Source: Spironucleus salmonicida (lineage: Eukaryota). Taken from it: a stretch of DNA of 64,000 bases. This document shows positions 38,312 to 52,317 of this stretch, one piece after another. The stretch lies in NCBI RefSeq assembly GCF_000497125.1, contig NC_090603.1, positions 186,001-250,000 of the forward strand. Reading direction: 5' to 3'. Numbering within the stretch: the first letter of the stretch is position 1; the number at the start of each line of letters is the position of its first letter. The translations under genes and the position numbers were made by a program. Under the pieces are notes generated by a model. That model saw only the letters and a program-made list of their open reading frames with translations, was not told the origin of the DNA and did not search any database.

Positions 38312-40234
38312 ATGTAGTGCCCGATTTGTAATGCAAAGCTATCGAATAATTTACTAGAAAATGATATATTATCATAACATTGGAGATAGGGATAATGTAA
38401 TTATTCTTAATTTACATTAGAAACGTTAGATTTATATTAATTTTTCGTAACTGACGTTCTTCTTCTTATCAATACAATTATTAAACTACCAAAAGTAAAG
38501 CACATATTTATATCCTTACCATAGTCGAAAAAGACATCAAATTTAACATATATACGATCTTCCTCCTCATATTAAGATTTTTTAAACTCGTCATTTTTTG
38601 ATAATGTTTTGTAAAAATTTGGATTTACTAGTACAAGTTCGTAGGATATACCATTCTTGAAGCTTACATCAATTTAATGTTTGCTTTAAATACCATTTGA
38701 AGAAATTAATAGACAAAATTTAGCTATTTAACTAAATGGGAAAACATAGCTTATTGATATAAATGAGGTTTTATAAGACTCAAAAATCTATTTAGATAAA
38801 GAAATATAGATGAAAAGATTGATGTAAACTCCAATTTCACCGTCACGGTCTCCATAACTTATCGAAACTGTGGAATCCAAATCTGCAGGAACTAGTTTGA
38901 CATCTTTTCTGAAAGGCATTTTAATTTCTAAACCAAATACACCTGAACTAAATGAATTTTTTCATAATTTACCGTAAGCTGTTAAACGACGTAATTAGGT
39001 AATTTTTCTAAATCATAATTTGCAAATGTTAGTTTCTTGTTTATTACCATCGATTGAAACATTAGATGGTTAAAAGCTACCATTAAGAAAAGAAGCAGCT
39101 AAATTTTGTATGAAAAGATATTCTTTTCCACATAAAAATATGTTTCCTATATAAGTTTCGAAAAAATAGGTTAATTTAGTTTCAAATTTTCTTTAAAATA
39201 TTGGTTTTTAAAACATTTAGTATCAATAAAAATTAATTTTAGGTAATACATTGGACTATTGCTTATTAAGGTCTGCTATTATTTCTAAGTAATCTGTACA
39301 ATATCCTTTTAAGTTAAATAATTTTAATTTCTAATATGATATTCTCAAAACTTAAAAAGCTATGATTATGGATTCAATATAAAACCCAAGAATACTTAGC
39401 TTAACAAATTAATCTAGTATTAATAATACTGGTAATTTTTAGCTTAATTATGACAATCTTGAACAAGAATATGGATAATATGTTTCTATTGATGTTTATA
39501 ATGATATTGTTTATATCGGAACATAAAAAGGATATATAATAGAGTTAAACTGTTTAGTTTCATATGTGGAATAGTCTAATATTATTGTGCAAAAATTTGC
39601 AGATTATGAGATCAATAATCTTTAAATTATTGACTAAAAGCGTTGGTATTCAACCTAAAATAAAATTTTATGTGAAAAAGAACTGGTAACTGAAATTAAA
39701 CCATAAATATAAAATATTTCCAATAGTTTACTAATTACAGAAAAAGGTATCTATAAAAACGAACAGTTAGTATATCCTAACGCAATATCAGCTACATCTA
39801 CATAGTTATTTGATATTACATCCAATTATGATGGATATATTTAATTTTATACTGGCTCTAACCTTATACATGAGTAAAAAGTATCAGATAATCCAATTAT
39901 AAAATTATTTATAAATAAATAAATTCTCGTGGCTGTTGATGTGTTTGGATGTATATTTTCTATAAATATTATAACAAAGTAGATAATTGGTTAATATATG
40001 GTTAAAATAAAATGTTTCTGTGATATTCAAATATCATTTTTTGGTAGAAGAATCATAGCGTGTTAGGAATCTAAAATATGTATTTTTGAAGTTGATTTTA
40101 GATTATTTAGGGAGATATTTATAGAAAAGAAGATAATAAAAATTAAAGATATTGATGAAGGGAGTTTCTGTATGATTCTTTAAGGTGCAGATTAAGCAAG
40201 AGAGGTTGTAGTAGTAGACTTAATGAGAGAGTGA
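38312..40234 (+). CDS. Protein with N-terminal C2HC (BIR-like) zinc motif and C-terminal WD40-like propeller, ~640 aa
   Basis: Frame traced from MQCPICNAKL... to ~39540 and shared with the end VDLMRE-TGA (GAGTGA). Beta-strand repeats such as VSIDVYNDIVYIGTQKGYII. Confidence 0.7.
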
Positions 40235-40281
40235 AAAGGTGACTATATTTTATTATTGATAAGCAAAGTTTCAGACAGATA

Positions 40282-40458
40282 TCATAATAATTCATCGATA
40301 TCTAAATCTCCAGGTCTTTTAGGGTTCACAACAGACGAAATAACGTCACTTTAAGATACAGAAACTGGAACAGATAGTATCCCATATTCATAGCCTTGTG
40401 ATTTCAGCTTCTCATCTAATAGTTAGCTTGATATTTGGTCGTCTAGATTATGTCGCAT
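40282..40458 (-). CDS. Small hypothetical protein, 58 aa
   Basis: ORF MRHNLDDQISSQLLDEK...DLDIDELL. Confidence 0.4.
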
Positions 40459-41369
40459 ATTCTGAAAAAATACTATTGATTAAACAATATATAAAATAAA
40501 TTATACTATAACAAACTATAAATACAAATTATACTATATCACAATATAATATTTCTGTTTAAATTTACTAAATGTATGGCTAATTAAAAATAATTCACTT
40601 ACATAAGCATTATTATCAAACTTATAATTTAGTAAAGCCAATATATGTTTCATGAATGGAAAAATAACACGATATTTAAATGTAGCAGATAATTTGAAAT
40701 TTAGGAATAAAACACCCTTAACATTAATAGTTGTATTAGGAATCTGCAGAATTTTCATGAAATTTTGTAATTATAACTTTAATTATAAAAAAGAAGTTTT
40801 AAACAAATATCTTACCGCTGTTACACTTTTTACTGATTACGATACTATATCATATAACGTTAATTATTTACTTGTATAGAAGACAAAAACTTGATAATTT
40901 TAACCTAAAATAGACTTTAAATACGTGTACGCTAACTAGTATTTTAAATACAATCTACTACTCAACCATATAAAATAGATAATATAAACATTATTATGAT
41001 TCAAATATATTTCTTTTATTTTTACTAACCTTATAATTGTGGTAAAGTTAGTTTGTAGTTGTATTTATATTAAAGAAAAGCAAGATTCTACATATATATA
41101 TTAGTTATAAACTGTTAAACGTATAGAATAATAAAATGTATATTTTTTGCTAATATGTTAATTGAAGTTAATATAGAAATAATTTCTTGCTGTTTTTCTG
41201 ATTATTAGTTATACTATTCATAATATTTGCATTTTAAATAAAAATAGAAGAAACTTATTTTAGTTTTTATTAATATATCAAAAGTTATTAATCTTAGTGT
41301 TTATAGCAGAATTTTAAAGTACCCAATAGACTACATTAAAACATTATATAGTTATTATAAGATTTAAAA

Positions 41370-41594
41370 ATGCGACAAATTAATACAAAAAAGAAAATGA
41401 AAAGTAAGATGTCAAATGATAGTCTATTAAAACCTATCACTCTCAGTTCACTTGCATCTGATAGTTTTGCTATACCTAGTAAAATAGATGGAGAATGTAC
41501 AAGTATGTTTTTTTGTTATATGGATTAACTAGATCTATGTGGGCTAAGCGAAGAAAGTTCAAAAGATTAAAATTTGTAATTGGTTTAAGAGTGA
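41370..41594 (+). CDS. Microprotein, 74 aa (basic N-terminus, acidic C-terminus)
   Basis: MRQINTKKKMKSK...ECTSMFFCYMDQLDL...LVQE. Ends GAGTGA. Confidence 0.55.
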
Positions 41595-41604
41595 AAATAC
41601 AACA

Positions 41605-43332
41605 TCATTCACGTTGTTCTAATTTAAATTTTCCTTTCTTCTTATTAGAAATATCATTAACTTCGATCCTCCCAAAATCGCTAAGACTGCCCACTCGCTC
41701 GCTTTAGTCTGTAAAGAAACTGAATTCATTCATCCTATCGACTGCACCTATAGTTCCAATACCACCTACTAATTATAAACTCCCTACTCGGCTTACATCA
41801 CAAAGCTAACTGCCTATGGAATCAACAGGGTGAAAATCTAGCATTAGATCGATTTCATCACAACTTTTTACTCTACCATCGGGAACAACAATGACCTCAG
41901 CATTTTATTTAATTCTTTAGTCAATTCTAGCTTTAACATTTTTACTCATAACGTTCCCATTTTCACCTTAACCTCCAAAAGCCATCTATATAATTGTAGT
42001 GTTACTATCCAATCCTGCTAATATACCATTCATTCCATTTTCTTTTATCCCACAATCCGTTAAAAATAATCTTTAAATAGATTTGTTTTGAGATAATAAT
42101 CCACCTAGAGCAATACCACCAGCATCATAAACTTCATTTCCAGAAACATCTAAATGGCGAATTCTAGTTTTTTATGATGTTAAAATCTACGAAAATTAAC
42201 GAAAACCAGATGAAGTGAATGCATTATGTGATAAATTAAGTGACGTCAACTATCCAGTGCAACTAAGCTATCCCAGTGCAATAAGCCCGGAATCTGATAT
42301 AAAGTTTTTAGATAAAGAAATGCCTGAAAGAGAAATATATTAGGACTATTGTATAATTATTATTATATTGGTTATGCCTAAGTTAGAGATCTTAGTATCA
42401 TCTAGATTTAACGTAGTTAAATTTCTACAATTAACTATGACCTGAGCTATAAACACACAACTCTCATCAGTTAAATCATTTTAAGCTAAATTAAGTGCAT
42501 GAAGTGAGAAGTTACCCTCTAGATTTGCGGCTAACAATTCAATTGATTAGTGATTTAGCTTAGCATTTTAAAGTTCTAAAACGCGTAAGTATTGATTTGT
42601 TCTTAAACTCTTAGTAAAATGATATATTGTATTACTAAGTGTATTCTTCCTCATCTATAAGTCTTATATTTATGAATTTTCTAATAATATATTGAGCTTC
42701 TCGGCAGCTTATACAGATATTCCTGTATTTCTTAACCCAAGTGAAACAAGACTATTTTAATTTGCCAAAATTTCTAAAGCTTCTTCTAAAGTATCATTAA
42801 TTTAATTTCCTCCTATATGAAGGGTTTTTAGTTATTATGCTTAATTTATAATATCAAGTATTCTTTGTCCTATAAGATTATCTGAAATTTTTAGAGAAAT
42901 TAAATTTTAAGTAAATGTTGCAATTTATACAGCATCCGAATCATTCAACTAGCAAGAAAATAATTCACATGACTGTAATTGTGATAAAGTACTTAATACA
43001 TTTGAAAACAATGGAAAATTATCAATATTTGAATTTGAAATATGAATTTCTTTCAAGTTTATTGCATATTTTAAAGTTTAATAAATAGCTTTCCATTGTA
43101 GCGGAACTAAAGTATTAGCTGATGTTAATCTAAATTAAACTAATTCAGTGATATTAGATCTAAGTTCTTATATAAATGATTCATTTTTCTCATTTAATTA
43201 TTCAACTAGATTTAATGATTTAATTGATGATGTTTAACGCTATTTTTTAGAGATTTTAGTAAGTTATTGTGTTTAAAGTTGTTTACATTATGTATTGAAT
43301 ATGAAAGTAAAAGAATTTTCATGTGGTTTCAT
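41605..43332 (-). CDS. RNI-like leucine-rich repeat protein, 575 aa
   Basis: Repeats such as LHALNLAQNDLTDESC, LTTLNLDDTKISNLG, LTSLNLSHNAFTSSG. CCACTCC upstream. Confidence 0.85.
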
Positions 43333-43527
43333 TATTATATGGAGTGGATTTAGGGCCATATTAACTAATTATCATATATAGAATGAATATAAATTGTTAT
43401 AAAACAGTAAAATAAAGTATATTTCTCGTTGTAGTAATTTTCTATTCACTAAGTAGAATCATGTGACGGTAAAATTACTATTTAATATTTAATAAAAATA
43501 TAAAACTATTAAAATTAAACCATTAGA

Positions 43528-45318
43528 TCATTGCATTGCAACACTATCTCTATTAAGTTAACTAACACGAACAGTGCTTTACCTACTATCTCCACCTTAT
43601 AATGTTTCTCCTCCAACGCTCTCTCGGAGACTCATAAATTGTTTAGAACTTCTAAGTGCAACGTTTTTGTTGAAAAGATTAGTAACAGACTATCTTTCCT
43701 TCGTTTTCTTATCTTCTTCTTCCTGATCAGCCGTTTTAGTAAGTTCAACCATAACGCTCTATCTGATTTCATCATTGGCAGCAGCCTGAGCGGCTACAGT
43801 ATCTTAAGTAGGGTCTTTACGATTCTTATTAAGTTTATGGAGCTTAGAATATTTGATGAAATAGAAAACAATAAATCCATAACCAATAATAGCATTTATT
43901 ACTTCAGCTAAAGCAATAATCAAATACAATGGTGAATTATCTGCTATTTCATACAAAGTGTAATAAAGGTAACCACAACCGAAAACAAGCATTGGAAGTT
44001 ATAATAAAGCTGACATAAGAGATTTAGATTCTAATTGCATGAAAGCTATAGAAAGATAATAAGGAATAGGCAATAGCATACACCATGCACCCGCCATTGC
44101 AGCAGAAACAGACTGTTTAATATTGTAATAAAAGAACGGAGTCTTTTCTTCAGGAGGAATAGGTAGAATTCCTTCGGCCAAAAACTGAGAAACATAAATT
44201 GCAATCAAACAAATTGGTATTGTGATTGCATACTAATAAATAACAGTCCAGACAAAAGTTTCATATATTCTAGTAACCTTTTTAACACCCATATTATAGC
44301 CGGCAAGTTGAGCAAACACATCTCTGAAAGCAAAATGAAGAGACTGTAAAAGCGCTTTTACACGAGTAAAAACAAGCAAACGAACATTCTAAATAAGCTT
44401 ATAATCTTCCTATTTGACCAAGTATTGAACAAACAAAACAGCCTCCAACATCAAAATTGAATCGGTAGCAACGTTCAAGAGTGGAGTGAAGCAATTTGCA
44501 ATAATTTAAAGCAAAATCTTAGGCCTTATAGGACTCAATCTCTTGAATTAAAATTTCAAAACCCCCCTATATTCTACATCTAAAAAGTTATATTTCATAA
44601 TAAGAATGAACATCCAAATCGTTATTATACCATTACTTACAATATAAGCAATGGCAGCGTTAGTTAAACTGATGCCTATATAGGTTGAATTAACATAGCA
44701 ATTAACTAGGAAACCTATAAATAACAACTATTCTGTAATATCGCGAATTAAAACTACGAAATACCTGCTTTCTGATTTCAAAAATGGTGTCAAACTGCGC
44801 GAAAAAATATTTGTAATAGAGGCCACACCAGCACGGATAAGCAAGTATTGACCAACAATTTCGCTAGTAAAGAACGTCTAAAGAGCAGCAAAATAGAGCA
44901 CGATTGCAATCATTCCCCATACGAAAGCGGCCACGAAGTAATGAGCGAAGTATATATTAGCTGCCACAATTTAATTTTTAGAAATGTTCCTTGAAGCAAA
45001 AATATTGGCCGAGGAGGCGAGAGCAAAGCTTATATGCATGGAAATCAGCTCATATATGGGTTGTAGGAGGATCATTGGTTGCACGGCCTCGATCCCAAGA
45101 AAGCGTGTAACTACAGCAATTTCGATCGTTTTAGATATCTGAGGAAGCAAGTGTGAGACCAGGTGCACGGGGTACGATCGTGGGATTAGTTGCTTGATTG
45201 GGTCTGTTCCCATTCTGAGTGTTATCTCATCAACCTGAGCATGTTTGGATGCCGATGAGGAACCTGAGGAGGAACCAAATGACATCTCTGAACCGCGATC
45301 TGCGTTGTCACCATCCAT
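43528..45318 (-). CDS. MATE-family multidrug/solute efflux transporter, 596 aa
   Basis: Track ORFs 44971, 43999 and 43804 share a frame. LRMGTDPIKQLI start, many TM helices, AQLAGYNMG motif. Confidence 0.85.
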
Positions 45319-45570
45319 TAGATTATACGGAGCGGTTTTATATTAAGATTATTATTATATTATTATATTAATATACAAAAATTAGTTTTTTTTAAATAAG
45401 AAAGATCAAAATAATATTATATAAATACAAAGATCAAAAAATAAAAATAGTTAAAGTATAAAATTGTATTTTACTTTTAATGAAGTAATGTGATTTTTTA
45501 GCTTTGTTTGTTGACAAATAGTATACGTTTAGGATTTAAACTCCTAAAATTACAACCACCGTAATTCATC

Positions 45571-46617
45571 TCACTATTCCACCCTCTGGCCCATTGTTTT
45601 ACCTAAACCTCTAGTCATTGCTCTCATTACTTCGTTTTCTACTTCAAATTTAGTCACTATTTCATGTTATTCCTCAATAATAATACTCTTTGACTGCAGC
45701 TCTTTTTTTAACTTTTCGCACTCAACAGATTTTAAAAATAGTCTCTCCCTAATCTCTTATAGACATTTTTCCATTGCTTATATCTGTTAATTCACACATA
45801 TTTATCCCGTCTCTGGCAAATTAACAACACCGAAACACCCATTAATATTATTAATCTAAAATGATAATTTATCAATAACTTTCTATTGTTATTCGTTTTC
45901 AATACTTATCTCGTACACTAGCTTCTAATACCCTGTTAGAACCTACAAAAAATCACGTGGGGCTGAGAAATCGTATTCATCAACATTAATTGTCCTGATA
46001 AATTTTTCTTGGATTTATACTTATTATAGAAGCTCATTCCCAGCTACTTTATGTGCTGCTATCTCTGCCTTATGGTTCAGTATCTCTACGTCTTTTTCTT
46101 CTAACATAAGAGAGAATTCGATTTCTTATTTGTTTATTATATCTTAGTAGTAACAAATTTTTTATGCATAACCTTTTTTCTCTTTGTCTTGCAATAGTTA
46201 TATGTGCTCCAGAGCTTAATTAGAGTGTAGACGACCTGTCATTTTGGCATTTTCTATCTCATTTTAGAGCCTAAAATTTGTAGCCTTTTCACCATCCAGA
46301 GCGTCGATTAGGTCCTTTTTAAGTACTTCGAGACGCTGTACGCGCGCTTACAGAAGGTCGCTTTGTGTACTCACAGAAACGATCTTTTACCTAAATGTTG
46401 CATTTTCAGCTGTAAGTTTTTCAGTCTTTAAAGTACTTTCCTCCAACTGCTACTTTAGCACATTCTGTGTACGTGCTGATGACAGCTGTAGCTCGTGTAA
46501 CGCCTAATTTAGGAGTGTTATTTGATTATTCTATGAATTTAATGCTAGATCTGGTACTTTTATAGGCGGATCGTCCTTCTAGATCGAGTGAAATAAGAAA
46601 GAAGAAATATCTGTCAT
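45571..46617 (-). CDS. Coiled-coil hypothetical protein, 348 aa
   Basis: MTDISSFLFHSIQKDDPP...RVEQ-TGA (TAGTGA). Confidence 0.75.
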
Positions 46618-47024
46618 TTTTGGCGGAAGGTATTATAATGTTGTATTACTATATATATTAATATATAGTAAGAAAGTTCTATTTTCAATTTTGTTATTCT
46701 AAAATTCCGATGTTACTTGAAATAAAAAGACTTTATAAATCCACAATCACTTAAGATATGTAGTAAAGCAAAATTAGAATACTTTTAAGTTTTCAAGGAT
46801 GCTTCCAAATAGTGCTTCTATTATACTTTTATATGAAATATAATAAGAGCAATTCAAAAGTGGTAGTTCAATCATACAATAACATTCATCAAGATATTGT
46901 AATTCAAATTGTTTAAATATGAAAAAGTATCACTATCATTAATCACTATCTAACAGAACATGTTATAAACTATAAATTTTTTTGTGCTTTACAAATGTGT
47001 AACACATATTATTCACTATTCTCA

Positions 47025-47531
47025 TCATATTAAATCAGAGTCTGATCCCATATGTAAATTAAGCGAGAATGCAAGTCTATCTATATTTTCACATTTCTAG
47101 CTAGCCTTGACTGGTGGCCACTGTTTATTAAATTCATAGCTTCCCTATCGTTGACTTTTTCGCTGCTCATATCGGGTAAAAACACCTAGAACGGCTTCAT
47201 TCAGTGCGTAAATGTCAGATGCAAGTCTCTAAGATCTTGGTATCCGTATCGGCGAAAGTGCAGATTTTTGTAATCTCGCTACAGTATCCAGTTCTTCTCC
47301 AACTGTTCCTCGTTAGATTCGTGCTCGGGTTAGACTCCTTAATTATTCTAGCTGCAACTCTCTTGTGGTGTTCGTTTTTTATGATTTCTTGGTGTAGGAG
47401 TTCGATATTTTCTTCGCATTGGCTGTCGTTATAAGAAGTGGGTATGTACTTAAATCCTTGCTGTATGCTGGTGTGAAGCTGAGCAGACTACGCTGTTGCA
47501 GGTTTTTGTTAGTTTTAAGTGCGAAATCCAT
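47025..47531 (-). CDS. Hypothetical protein, 168 aa
   Basis: Table-6 ORF MDFALKTNKNLQQRS...GSDSDLI. Confidence 0.6.
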
Positions 47532-47866
47532 TTTCCAGTTTTAAATATTATTTATTAGAAAGTAAAAATATGATTAATAAATTTAAAATACATAGAATAA
47601 TGATTGTATATAAATAATAATTGCAGAAACAAAAAAATACAATAGCAGTATATTAAATTATTAATCATGGATATACGATTAAGCCTTAGCGGATATAAAC
47701 CACAACTTTTATTAGATATATAATTATATATTGTTAAACCTTCTTTTGTCTTTGTTTTGATTTAAAAACATGCAGTGAATCGTTATAAAAATAAAATGGA
47801 ACAAGCGATATCAGATAACTGCTGTTGCGCCCAAAATTCTATTAATCTAAAAAAGACATGCTTCAC

Positions 47867-49507
47867 TCAAAAGATGTATAAAATATCATCAAGACTGAGC
47901 CCGTCGCGCTCAATAGCTGTAACTGCCCCGTCCTGCTTTTTGGGTTAGATAAAGTGCTTTTTGGCGCTCTTGCCGTAAATTTCTGCGAGGAGTCCCTCCA
48001 CATTCTTGGCATTCAGATTCTTGAAGCTGATAAGCTCCGTGATCTTGTACTTGTTGATGAGGTAAACATTCTTTCCCTCCTTTCTGAGCTTTTCATAAAG
48101 CTCGTAGACTTCCTTGATAGTCTCTTTGGATGCGAAGAAAGTCGGAATAAAAAGTGCTGCATCGAACAGTTTCTCGTCATTGAGCACCTAGGAGTTACAC
48201 TTATCAATTGCAGCTGTTGGAACGTCTCTTTCGAGTACCTATGTAGCGCAGTGCAAAGAACCGTACATGGACGTAATTGACCTGAACGGAACGTACTCCA
48301 CTACAATACGTATATTGTTTTTCTGGCAGTAAGTTTTGAACACTGGGTGGCGCTCGATAAAGAGCTTGGATTCTTCGTGGACAGTTAAAATATGGAATGC
48401 CCCATCTGTGAATCCCAAATGGAGCATATTGCAACCGTATGCGAGCTAGTACTTATGAGGGATGGCTATGATGCTGTATCCGGATTATTCTAAATATTGC
48501 TTCAGTTCTATGTTCGTCCTCTTTTCATTGAGTGCGTAGAAGCTCTTATGCTCATCTGAATATCCGCCCAAGTGAACCCACTCGTCCACATATCTGAGCT
48601 TATCCGGATTGATCAAAATTTCTTCATCGATCAAAATGAGTTTGTCGTGCAATGGGCTGCAAGTACAATCAAGGTGCATTCTATCCTAATCCTGGTCGAA
48701 TGTATCTTTTACAATGATGAACTTGTCAGTTCCGAGGAGGTCGTGCTCCATAAGATGGATTCCAGCGGTATAAGAGCTTCTGAGTCCAACACCAAGTGCG
48801 CCGATCCCGTTGTTTAAGGCTATGAAATCACCACCTTCAATAGTGGCTTTAGGAGTTAACTTGTTTGCACCACCGCAGATGGGGATGTGTCTCTCGTAAG
48901 TGAACTCTCCAATTCTACCAATTGGTCTAATTCCAATCTTTTTTAATACGAATTCCATCAATGCGTTCTCACCTAGACGCTATTCAGCTGAAAAATTTCC
49001 TATTACCACACCCTTTGCAGTAGTAATCTATTAATCCCGCGTAAACACGATGTTACCAAGAGCGCGCATTTCAGTCTTTGTAGTGATAACGTTAGTGTTG
49101 TTCGTAGTGGCTTCAAGATACACTACAGGAGCTGTTAAAATTACCTTTACAAGCGACTCCGGAGAGAGTGATTTGATAACTTTCATCTTGTAGTCATCAC
49201 TTGCATACTCTTCTGGGCCGATATATGTGAGCTACTATGCTGCGTATTCCTCCAACTCTAGACGCTGAGCAGGATCAGTAGTGTTGGAGCGCAATATTTC
49301 ACAAACTTCCAATACGTTAATACCATGTGATTAAAGAACTTTTTGGAAATTACGATGTTGGGCTAGGGCTGACTCAGGGTTTATTGGGCACTCATAGAGC
49401 GAGCCAGCAGGATGAAGGCAATTTACAAAAACAGCGAGCTCAGGTTCGTATACTAATATAGTCCTAGCGGTGGCATGTTCTGAATGTTACTAGGGTTTTA
49501 TCTACAT
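47867..49507 (-). CDS. arcA: Arginine deiminase, 546 aa
   Basis: NIVFTRDQ, IEGGDF, RMHLDC, MYGSLHCATQ catalytic motifs. Track fragments join through TAA/TAG. Confidence 0.95.
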
Positions 49508-49680
49508 TTGATTTGTTGAAGGAAAGTAAAATAATTATAAGTATTCTCACATTTCTACTAGATACTTTTAAATTTGTGAGAATTTTAACAGGTTTTATAA
49601 TATGTTATAAAATAATTATAATGCTAACTAACATTATAATATTATACTACATAATAATTATAATACATAAAACCTCTAGA

Positions 49681-51051
49681 ATGAAAATCATAGTTAAAAT
49701 CCTAAAAACGAAAGAAACGCTTTCAGTTGAGGTTCCTTAAGAAGCCAATATCCAGGAAATTATCAGTTAACTTAATTCTGTCCATAATATTAATGGAGAG
49801 ATTAGGTTAGTGCATAATGCAAAAATGTTAAAACCTGATTAGTCTATTGCATCTGCACAACTAATTGATGACGTAGTTTTATATGCAACTATAAAAGAGG
49901 TTAAAAAGGTGGTAATAGAAGAGACAAACATGCCAGAACTTTAAGTTTAATAGACTCAATCGTAACCATAGTAACCGTAGCAGCAAGTACAAGGTAAAAT
50001 CCCATTTTAAATGCCTCATTTGAATTAAGACCCAAAAGAAATGATGTAAAATCCGTTTGTTTAATAAATGATGTAAGCTCCTGGATTTATGGAATCCATG
50101 ATGAATAATCCTATGATGCAGTAGCTTAAGGAAAAGAATCCATAAATAGCTGAATTGTTAGAAGATCCAGAACTGCAAAAATAAATGGCTGATACAATGT
50201 CTGATCCAGTTAAACTCGATGAAATGTTGAGATAGTAAGACGCGATGATGAACACTGTTTAAAACACACCAGGGGCAATGTAGATGTATTAAAAATTATA
50301 ATATGATATGGAAGAAATCTAAAATGACTTTATGCAAAAATAAGGATCAACAGCTGGCAATGGATTTTTACCAGATGATGATAACAAAAATTAACAGGCT
50401 GGAACTGGTGCTTACCACACAAAAAATATAAAAGTAGATGAATTTTCATTAAATTTACCAAGATCTTATACAGATACTCTTTAAGGCTTTTATGGTGACT
50501 AAGCTGGAACAAAACCTTAAAACTAACAAAATTAATAGTATCAAGCTCCTTAAAATAATATGTTTGGTGGAATTCCTGATTTTGCCAACATGCCTAATAT
50601 GCCTAATAAACAGTAAATGGATACTTTAATGAATGATCCTCAAATGCAATAAATGATTGACGGCATGATAGACAATCCAGAGATGTTTAACATGTATATG
50701 TAAAATCCTATGATTAGATAGTAACTAGAATAGTCAAATCCTATGATGGCCCAGATGCTTGATAACCCAGAATAAATGCGTAATATGATGATTTAGGCTA
50801 GAAATATGATGAGAAATGGTGATATGTAATAAGCTCCATAAATACCTAAAAATAATGGTTTTGCCCCCAGAGCTGCTGTAGCTTAATCATAAGAAGAAAA
50901 GTTATAGGATCTCAAGTAAAGATTTGGTGCTTAATGTACAATGATTAAAGATATGGGCCTTGACTTTTAGGAAAACGAAATCTTGCTTGCCCTGGATTTC
51001 TGTAATGGAAATGTGGAAACTGCAATTAATTATCTGCTTGATAATTAGTGA
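49681..51051 (+). CDS. DSK2: Ubiquilin/Dsk2-like UBL-STI1-UBA protein, 456 aa
   Basis: N-terminal UBL (MKIIVKILK...RLVHNAKMLK), M/NP-rich STI1 repeats, C-terminal UBA (KDMGL...ALDFCNGNVETAINYL). Confidence 0.9.
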
Positions 51052-51582
51052 TGAAAAGGAGATCAATATAGTTTTTTATAGTATAGAGTATAATTAAAGT
51101 CTGTGCGGCCTTTAATAACACCTCTAGTTATTTAATTCAACCACAGTTCTACAATGACCACCCAACGCTAATTTCATTTTATTACCTACTCCTAAATGCT
51201 AATATAATTTTCTTTCTTACATGAGGTATTAAACGATATCTAATATGTAAAATTTTTATTTTTATAACTTAGTGTATTTATTATTTTTACGTCTAGGATG
51301 TCAATCTACTCAAATATCGGCCCATTTATGGACTTGGATCCGCAAATATCCCTATCTAATTATGGTAGCCATATCAGAAGTCAAATAACTATTATTTAGT
51401 ATTAAAAAGCTATCCGTAAATTCTATAATGGAAAGTTCATAAATAATCCATTAAAATAACACATTTAAAGTCGATTTATTTTTAAGCGACTTAGTAAACG
51501 CAGTAATATTTTAAAACCCATACTCTTTCCTAGACGAACTCTCGAAATTTGAAATCAGTAGCTTAAAATTAGTTGAATTTTC

Positions 51583-51762
51583 TCACTCTAACGAAAGTTA
51601 TATTTTGCAGCTTCCCAACTCGAAATCACCATCTTCTTCTCCTACACTCTGAAGATACGAAAAGATAGTCTGGGATTCTGAAGCAATTGGAACCTCCTCA
51701 ATAACAGCCAACCTGTTCTTTTTTGCACCCGTTCGGTGCCTAAAGGACTGAATTTTTTTCAT
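51583..51762 (-). CDS. Microprotein, 59 aa
   Basis: MKKIQSFRHRTGAKKNRLAVIEEVPIASESQTIFSY...LSLE. Ends GAGTGA. An alternative ATG at 51834 is in frame. Confidence 0.6.
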
Positions 51763-52020
51763 TAGCAACACTGTAGACACTCGCAGATAAAATTAATAGA
51801 GCCAAAGTTTTTCAAATATTTAATAATTATACATTTATCTATGTTAATTTTTACTCCCTTTAAACTTAATTGGAACGAACTTTATTATTAATATATAATA
51901 GTATATATATTCTAAAATGCTGGAAGAAAACTGGAAAAACACCAAATTAATTTGATTCTTACAGGAATGGCGTACTCACTCGGTTGAATTAACTCTATTC
52001 TTCTTTTTACACCAATATGA

Positions 52021-52215
52021 TCACATCTCAATGTCATCTAGGAGGATAAGTACTTCCGAGCACAGAACGAGGTCGCTAGACTCAGAATTGTCGAGATAAA
52101 TCTATGTAAAAATAAACCTGGAGTCCGAGGCGATCGGTGCCTCCTCCATCTTAATGTACTTGATCTTTGGTGTGCTCGTACGTGACTTGTTCTTTAGCGA
52201 GTTAATCCGCCTCAT
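52021..52215 (-). CDS. Microprotein, 64 aa, paralogue of 51583..51762
   Basis: MRRINSLKNKSRTSTPKIKYIKMEEAPIASDSRFIFTQ...DDIEM. Confidence 0.65.
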
Positions 52216-52317
52216 TTGTAATTTAAAATGAAAGTGATGTTTACAATTAATTAATAATATACGTTAATATTCATAATAAAAAACCGAAATTCTTTACTTT
52301 CCGCCCACTGAATTTGA

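Noticed and set aside
40500-41350. AT-rich ORFs (40652.., 40534..), and similar stretches at 24.0-24.4 kb and 31.0-31.7 kb
   Set aside because: With TGA as the only stop, long open frames occur by chance in AT-rich DNA, and no motifs or signals support them.
47867-49507. Arginine deiminase (and other genes) as stop-riddled pseudogenes
   Set aside because: All internal stops seen are TAA/TAG, which read as Gln, and the catalytic motifs are intact.
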